From: Palaeococcus pacificus DY20341
GTDB taxonomy: Archaea; Methanobacteriota_B; Thermococci; Thermococcales; Thermococcaceae
Direction: 5' to 3'
NCBI RefSeq assembly: GCF_000725425.1
Contig: NZ_CP006019.1
Location: forward strand, 1,438,480-1,462,479
DNA length: 24,000 nucleotides
The translations under genes and the position numbers were made by a program. How positions within the stretch are numbered: position 1 is the first letter of the stretch; the number at the start of each line of letters is the position of its first letter. The notes beneath the pieces are model-generated. The model saw nothing but the letters and a program-made list of their open reading frames with translations. It made no database searches and was not told where the DNA came from. Positions 19,035 through 24,000 of this stretch are shown piece after piece.

Positions 19035-19919
19035 ATGGGTGCGATAGATGCTTTCGGAAAGACAATAGATTTTATTGCAAAGAATCCTAAAATTTTGGTA
19101 ATACCTCTAATATTTGCCTTCTTGATAGCACCTATAAATGCTTACATACTCAAGGATGTTCCATTAATGATGCCTCAAGAATTGCAGACTTTTGAGAAGG
19201 AAGGAAGCGTCATAATAGAGGAGCATGGAATGACTATGGATATGGAAGGAATGATGGATCTTATAAGAAAAGCATCTATAAGTGCACTAATAGAGCTCGT
19301 TCTAATGAGCATAGCATTATATGCCCTCGCAAAAGGAGCTTTCTTAGTGGTGAACGGGAGTGAGTTTACATTAAGTGCGCTTTTAACTGAAGGGACTAAA
19401 AAGATGCCTGCAGTCGTTTTGATCAGAATCGTGATGAACCTCTTCGGAGCCTTGCTAGCTCTTGTATTCCTCTCTCCAGGAATAATCCTCATAGGGGCTG
19501 GAGTTTTGGGAACTCCTGCATTGATTGGCTTAGGCGCTCTCGTGATAGTAGTGCTCTCAATCCCTGTTCTAGGCTACATATTTACGATAATATCAACGGC
19601 TGTCCCAGCTTACGTTGTTGGAGAAGATATAAGCTCAGCATTTAGTGTCATTGGATTAGCCTGGAAGAAAAAACTATCCTCAATTGGCTTTGGACTGCTG
19701 TTGGCTTTAGCTATCGTCTTGATTTCCATTATTCCGGCATCATTTGGAGGAATTGCATTCCTTGGAAGCTCAGGATTCGCGCCCCAACTAGTTCTGCAAC
19801 TTTTAAGTGCCCCATTCCAAGCACTTTCAATTGCACTCCAAGCTATTGGTGGATTCATGTTCTACAGCGAGCTCACTAAAGTTGAAGAACCGCTTGAAGA
19901 GTTTGATTTGGAGTTTTAA
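19035..19919 (+). CDS. Polytopic membrane protein, function unknown
   Basis: About 6 predicted hydrophobic helices (for example [62 protein letters not shown]) and an acidic C-terminal tail. The start is ATG 19035 or GTG 19023. Confidence 0.65.
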   Translation: MGAIDAFGKTIDFIAKNPKILVIPLIFAFLIAPINAYILKDVPLMMPQELQTFEKEGSVIIEEHGMTMDMEGMMDLIRKASISALIELVLMSIALYALAKGAFLVVNGSEFTLSALLTEGTKKMPAVVLIRIVMNLFGALLALVFLSPGIILIGAGVLGTPALIGLGALVIVVLSIPVLGYIFTIISTAVPAYVVGEDISSAFSVIGLAWKKKLSSIGFGLLLALAIVLISIIPASFGGIAFLGSSGFAPQLVLQLLSAPFQALSIALQAIGGFMFYSELTKVEEPLEEFDLEF

Positions 19920-19936
19920 TTGTCTCTTTCTCCACT

Positions 19937-20821
19937 TTAGCAATTCTCTTTTTTGATGTTCGGGTATAACTGCACTAAGAGAACTCCGCAAAAGACAATA
20001 CCTAGTCCCACAACCTTGTGGAAAGTTAACCTCTCGCCTAGGAAAGTATAGGCCAACAATGTTATTTGTATCAGCATTGTGTTTTGGAGTATTGACTGCT
20101 CATAAGCTTTGAGAACCTTTAGAGCGTGGTTCCAGAGAACAAAGGCTAATGCAGTGTTTATAATAGCCAAAAACACTATTATGCTCCACGCTTTAAGAGA
20201 GGGCAAGACAAGATTACCACTCAAGCCCGCTACTCCGAAGAGTATTGCGGCTCCAAACACCATGGACCAAGAAGTCAGTGCTATGACGTTTTCCTCGCTT
20301 CGTTTTAGATAATAGCGCATGATGACCATATAGCTCGCCCACCCAACCCCCGAGACGAGAGTTACAACGATGCCGATGACTTCGTCAAATACTAAAGTGC
20401 TCTCACTAAAGAACACTCCAACTCCAGTCAGAACGGCAACTATTCCCAACAGCTGGACAGGAGAAGGAACCTCTCTAAGAAAGACTACGCTTAAAAATAC
20501 AACAAATAGGGGAGTTAAGTTGAGGAGAAAAGTTACAGTGATAGCGGGCAGATAGGAAAGCCCCACGAATTGCAGACCTTGGGCTACGGTGTAGCCTGTG
20601 AAACCAAGAAGGATGACCCACAATATTTGCTTTGATGTAATTCTTACTTCCTTATACTTCAGAAGGACGAAGAGCACTAAAATCGCGGAGCCTAAAAGGT
20701 ATCTATACGCGGCAAATGATAGGGGGTTAACTTCTTTGAGCCCTATTTTAATCAGAACGTATGAAGTGGACCATAAAAATGTCACCAACAGTGCTTCGAG
20801 TAGTGCATGTGCTCTTCTCAT
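19937..20821 (-). CDS. EamA-family (DMT superfamily) transporter
   Basis: Ten-helix pattern with two EamA-like halves (LLVTFLWSTSYVLIKIGLKEVNPLSFAAYRYLLGS…). ATG 20821 (MRRAH) lies 21-28 nt downstream of a TATA box, which suggests a leaderless mRNA. The track start at 20872 would lie upstream of that TATA. Confidence 0.82.
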   Translation of the reverse strand: MRRAHALLEALLVTFLWSTSYVLIKIGLKEVNPLSFAAYRYLLGSAILVLFVLLKYKEVRITSKQILWVILLGFTGYTVAQGLQFVGLSYLPAITVTFLLNLTPLFVVFLSVVFLREVPSPVQLLGIVAVLTGVGVFFSESTLVFDEVIGIVVTLVSGVGWASYMVIMRYYLKRSEENVIALTSWSMVFGAAILFGVAGLSGNLVLPSLKAWSIIVFLAIINTALAFVLWNHALKVLKAYEQSILQNTMLIQITLLAYTFLGERLTFHKVVGLGIVFCGVLLVQLYPNIKKENC

Positions 20822-20841
20822 AGAAATAAATTGATCCAGGA

Positions 20842-20849
20842 ATTTAAAA
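20842..20849 (-). promoter_or_regulatory. TATA box of the EamA transporter gene
   Basis: Minus-strand TTTTAAAT lies 21-28 nt upstream of ATG 20821, with no SD in between. Confidence 0.5.
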
Positions 20850-20921
20850 GCGTTTCTTGAGCTAAAAGGCAACTCAAAAAACTTATCAACGTTTTTGCAC
20901 TATAGCACAGTGGTGATGCTT

Positions 20922-21746
20922 ATGCGCTTTGCAGGTGTTGACCTAAGCAAGCCAAAAGTCATGGGAGTGATAAATGTTTCACCAGAGAGCTTCTTTAAAG
21001 GAAGCGTTAAGCAAAGTGAAGAAGAGCTCATCCAAACAGTTCTAAAGATGGTTGAAGATGGGGCATCCTTCATAGATGTTGGTGCAAAATCAACGGCACC
21101 ATACTTGGAGACTCAAATTCCAGTTGAAGAGGAAGTTAGGAGGGCAGTTTGGGCGATTAAAACAATCAGGGAGCACGTTGATGTGCCAATAAGTATCGAC
21201 ACCACGAGCGCGAGGGTAGCGGAAGAAGCGTTAAAAGCTGGGGCAGACATAATAAACGACGTGAGTGGCCTAAAAGGCGATGAGAACATGGCTAAAGTAG
21301 CTAAGGAGTACGACGTTCCCGTAATAGTCTGCGCCCATAAGAAAGTTGGAGACTTCAAAGACCCTGTCCATGAAGTTATAAAAGCCCTCGAAGAAAGCCT
21401 CCAGATTGCATACAAACACGGCATTGAGAAAGAGAAAATCGCCATAGACCCAGCGATAGGCTTTTTAAGGCCGAACTGGCCGCCCTGGTATGAGTGGGAC
21501 TCCAAAGTTCTGGCAAACCTGAACCTCTTAAAGGTCTTTGGACTGCCGATTTTAGTGGGCGTCTCAAGGAAGTCGTTCATTGGGGCAATCACCGGAAGAA
21601 AAGACCCAATGGAAAGGCTTGCAGGAAGCTTAGCGGCAACTGCAATAGCCGTTTGGAACGGCGCACACATAATAAGGACTCACGATGTTAGGGAGACTGT
21701 GGATGCTGTTAAGATGGCCGCGTTTATGAGAACGTTTAACCCCTGA
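20922..21746 (+). CDS. folP: Dihydropteroate synthase-type pterin-binding enzyme
   Basis: Motifs MGVINVSPESF, FIDVGAKST, SIDTTSARVAEEALKAGADIINDVSG, IDPAIGF, LVGVSRKSFIG and AHIIRTHDV are present. The track start (TTG 20895) precedes the SD GGTGAT, so ATG 20922 (MRFAGV) is preferred. Confidence 0.88.
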   Translation: MRFAGVDLSKPKVMGVINVSPESFFKGSVKQSEEELIQTVLKMVEDGASFIDVGAKSTAPYLETQIPVEEEVRRAVWAIKTIREHVDVPISIDTTSARVAEEALKAGADIINDVSGLKGDENMAKVAKEYDVPVIVCAHKKVGDFKDPVHEVIKALEESLQIAYKHGIEKEKIAIDPAIGFLRPNWPPWYEWDSKVLANLNLLKVFGLPILVGVSRKSFIGAITGRKDPMERLAGSLAATAIAVWNGAHIIRTHDVRETVDAVKMAAFMRTFNP

Positions 21747-21812
21747 ACCTCTTGCTTTTTATATTATGATAAGGCTTAAGAATTCTCACAGCTACTTAGC
21801 AAGGGGATGCTT

Positions 21813-22553
21813 ATGCTGTTCAAAGACATCAAAAGAAAGGCATTAAAGATGATACACGAGGATTTCCGTGTTTTAGACTTCTCCTTTGGCCTCCCATACA
21901 CTTACGTGGTCATTGAAGGTGAGCGCGGGAAAGCTTTGGGAGTTATGATGACTCTCCCAGAGGAAATTCAGCTCTTCAGAAACTCTATCGAAGAGATAAG
22001 CGTCGAGGCATTCATAGAAAAGGCCGATAGCTTAAACATAATTGAGAGAACCTTAGCATTAGCAGCGATAAACGCGGTTTCACAGTACTATATTGACTTA
22101 AGCGGCGCTGAGGAAAAAGACGTGCTTGAGCTTTTAAACGGGGGGATAGAGCGAGTAGCAGTAATAGGAAACATGCCCCCAATAGTTAAAGCTTTGAAGG
22201 AGCAAGAGTTTGAGGTTTACGTCTTTGAGCGCAATCCAAAGATAAGTGATAGAGAGACCTTCAGCGATTCTCTCGAGTACGTCCTTCTCCCCCAAATGGA
22301 CGCTGTAATAGTGAGTGGTTCCTCCTTAGCTAACGGCACGCTTGAGATGATTCTGGAGCGCTCTAAAAATGCAGAGCTAATAGCTTTGACGGGGCCGAGC
22401 GCCCAAGTGCATCCAGAGCTCATTAGAGGAACAGGGGTTACGCACTTAGCCTCGATGAAAGTTTTGGACGTAGAAAAAGCTCTAATAAAGCTCAAACTCG
22501 GATGCTTCAGGGGCTTTGAAAAAGCAAACAGGAAGTACACGATAAAAATTTAA
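21813..22553 (+). CDS. DUF364/DUF4213-type protein (Rossmann-like, putative chelation/cofactor-related)
   Basis: ERTLALAAINAVSQYY, then VAVIGNMPPIVKAL…VYVFERNP…DAVIVSGSSLANGT…LTGPSAQVHPE, fits the PF04016 architecture. SD GGGGAT lies upstream of ATG 21813, and its own TATA-like TTTTATAT is at about 21757-21764. Confidence 0.72.
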   Translation: MLFKDIKRKALKMIHEDFRVLDFSFGLPYTYVVIEGERGKALGVMMTLPEEIQLFRNSIEEISVEAFIEKADSLNIIERTLALAAINAVSQYYIDLSGAEEKDVLELLNGGIERVAVIGNMPPIVKALKEQEFEVYVFERNPKISDRETFSDSLEYVLLPQMDAVIVSGSSLANGTLEMILERSKNAELIALTGPSAQVHPELIRGTGVTHLASMKVLDVEKALIKLKLGCFRGFEKANRKYTIKI

Positions 22554-22602
22554 TGCTGAATGGCTCGTCACAAGAAAATAGAGGAGAGAGGCACACCAAG
22601 GC

Positions 22603-23445
22603 TCAGCGCATCACTACCGCCCTTACTCCTGCAGACGCTAGAACCAGCAGCTCAAAGACTTTGTACGCTTCCACTACATCTCTTGCTTCAAACTCCACCG
22701 TTTTTCCATCGATTCTTTTCACGGATGGCAAAAGCTCAGCTGTTTCTGCCATTTCACTTCCAAGGAACCTGAGCTCGACTTTTACCGGGCTGCTCGTCTT
22801 TAAAGGTCTGGCTTCTCCAGCCTTAAGCTTCTCAACAGCGCGCTTAACTCCATCTTTAAGCTCATTTTCAAGCTTCGCTAAGCTCGGGCTCCTCGCAGAA
22901 TATCTCGAAAATGCCCTTTTGAGAGGAATGCCCTCTACCCAAGGAGCGAACTTTTTAACATCATCCTCAATTAGCTTGGCATCTCCAGCAACTAGAATCA
23001 CGGGAACGTTGTAGTGGCCTGCAACATAAGAGTTTAGCAGGAATTCACTCACTGGAACGCTGTTTATTTTTAAGGAATCAACAGTTGCCCCGCTGTAAGT
23101 GTGGTCAAATGTAGAGCTTGGAGTGCCCGCTTTTGAGTGGTAGCCCAAGAAAAGTACTGCATCCGCCTCTTCAACCCCAGCAACCATGCTAACGGGCCTT
23201 GGGAATCCCCTAATGAGCTCCACATAAGGGGGAAGCTCGTCCACGAGGAGGTTAACCATTGGGCCGTGGCTGTCTGCAATGAGAATTTCATCAAAGCCGT
23301 TTTCATAGAGCTCCTCTACGACGGCGAGGGTTATTTTCGTGGCTATTTTGCGGGCCTCGTTGTAGAGGGCACCTTTAACAAATAGGTGCTCTCTGCTGAC
23401 CACAAAGGGCATACCTTCTAAATCAACGGATATAAACGCCTTCAT
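22603..23445 (-). CDS. dppA: D-aminopeptidase DppA (peptidase family M55)
   Basis: MKAFISVDLEGMP N-terminus, IADSHG, FLGYHSKAG and VILVAGD are typical of M55. TATA ATTTTTAAAC and SD GGTGGT lie upstream of ATG 23445. Confidence 0.88.
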   Translation of the reverse strand: MKAFISVDLEGMPFVVSREHLFVKGALYNEARKIATKITLAVVEELYENGFDEILIADSHGPMVNLLVDELPPYVELIRGFPRPVSMVAGVEEADAVLFLGYHSKAGTPSSTFDHTYSGATVDSLKINSVPVSEFLLNSYVAGHYNVPVILVAGDAKLIEDDVKKFAPWVEGIPLKRAFSRYSARSPSLAKLENELKDGVKRAVEKLKAGEARPLKTSSPVKVELRFLGSEMAETAELLPSVKRIDGKTVEFEARDVVEAYKVFELLVLASAGVRAVVMR

Positions 23446-23490
23446 AGAACCACCACTATAAATTTGACAAAAGAAGTTTAAAAATTTGAG

Positions 23491-24000
23491 CTAAGGCTTA
23501 ACTTCCTTCACACCTTTGATTATGCTCCTCAAACGCTTCTCGGCCTCTTCCAATGAGCCAGCCTTTTCTATGGCCGTGCCCGTCACAATTATATCGGCGC
23601 CGGCCATTGCTACTTCTTTTGCATCCTCGTAGCTCCTAATGCCGCCGCCGACTATTAAAGGAACATCGAGAACGCTCTTCACTATTTTAACCATCTCGTT
23701 GGGCACATGGCTTGGCGCTCCGCTTCCCGCTTCGAGGTAAACGAGGCGCATTCCCAAGTACTGGCCGGCCAAAGCGTAAGCCGCTGCAATCTTTGGCTTG
23801 TGCCTTGGAATTGGCTTAGCATCTCCAACCCAGCCAACGGTTTCCCCGGGCTCAACTATGAGGTAGGCCATTGGGATTGGCTCCAGCCCATAGAGCTTAA
23901 CCCTAAACGCCCCGAGGGCTTGAGCTCCCGTAATGAAGAATGGGTTTGTGGAGTTGAGCAAACTCATAAAGAAGAGCGCGTCAGCGTATTTGCTTAACCC
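23491..24000 (-). CDS. Geranylgeranylglyceryl phosphate synthase (GGGPS/PcrB family), 5' end outside window
   Basis: C-terminal TIM-barrel phosphate-binding motifs are present (YLEAGSGAP, PLIVGGGIRS, ADIIVTGTAIE). The frame stays open from the track's Met to the window edge (…GLSKYADALFF-MSLLNS…), so the gene is truncated by the window. Confidence 0.88.
   Translation of the reverse strand, partial: GLSKYADALFFMSLLNSTNPFFITGAQALGAFRVKLYGLEPIPMAYLIVEPGETVGWVGDAKPIPRHKPKIAAAYALAGQYLGMRLVYLEAGSGAPSHVPNEMVKIVKSVLDVPLIVGGGIRSYEDAKEVAMAGADIIVTGTAIEKAGSLEEAEKRLRSIIKGVKEVKP

Noticed and set aside
21113-21670. Long antisense ORFs opposite well-supported genes: 185 aa opposite DHPS, plus 22553-23014 opposite dppA, 264-671 and 735-953 opposite mmdB, 14422-14772 opposite trmBL2, 19175-19492 opposite the membrane protein, and 13606-13842 opposite the zinc-ribbon gene.
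   Set aside because: Their products are low-complexity, rich in Ser, Leu, Thr and Pro, and have no start-site signals. The opposite strand carries genes with clear family motifs. These are typical shadow ORFs.

Overview
This is a gene-dense (about 90% coding) chromosomal segment of a hyperthermophilic archaeon of the Thermococcales (Thermococcus/Pyrococcus-like). That assignment rests on an intact reverse gyrase next to a TrmBL2-type regulator, GGTGAT/GAGGTG ribosome-binding sites, TTTAAA/TTTATA TATA boxes about 25-50 nt upstream of starts, and oligo-T terminators. I can support 26 CDS, one of them cut by the window edge. They include a four-gene Na+-pumping methylmalonyl-CoA decarboxylase operon, RtcA, an MJ0936-type phosphoesterase, an M42 peptidase, a 2-hydroxyacid dehydrogenase, a Nudix hydrolase, dihydropteroate synthase, a DUF364 protein, a DppA/M55 peptidase and GGGP synthase. 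There is also one tRNA-Ala(CGC). I saw no CRISPR array, transposase, integrase, rRNA or obvious pseudogene. Several ORF-track starts are GTG/TTG codons lying inside Shine-Dalgarno sequences, and I trimmed those to the downstream ATG. Nothing here is demonstrably a new multi-gene system. The leads most worth a second look are: (i) an AT-rich 403-aa orphan protein translationally coupled by an ATGA overlap to rtcA, downstream of a metallophosphoesterase; (ii) a tightly coupled operon of a compact arginase-fold enzyme, an SSSCA1-type zinc ribbon and a mini winged helix; (iii) a KaiC/RecA-fold protein with a destroyed P-loop in a low-GC patch beside the tRNA; and (iv) a repeat- and palindrome-rich untranslated block between the rgy stop and the trmBL2 promoter. 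All functional calls come from motif and family recognition by eye. No database search was run.
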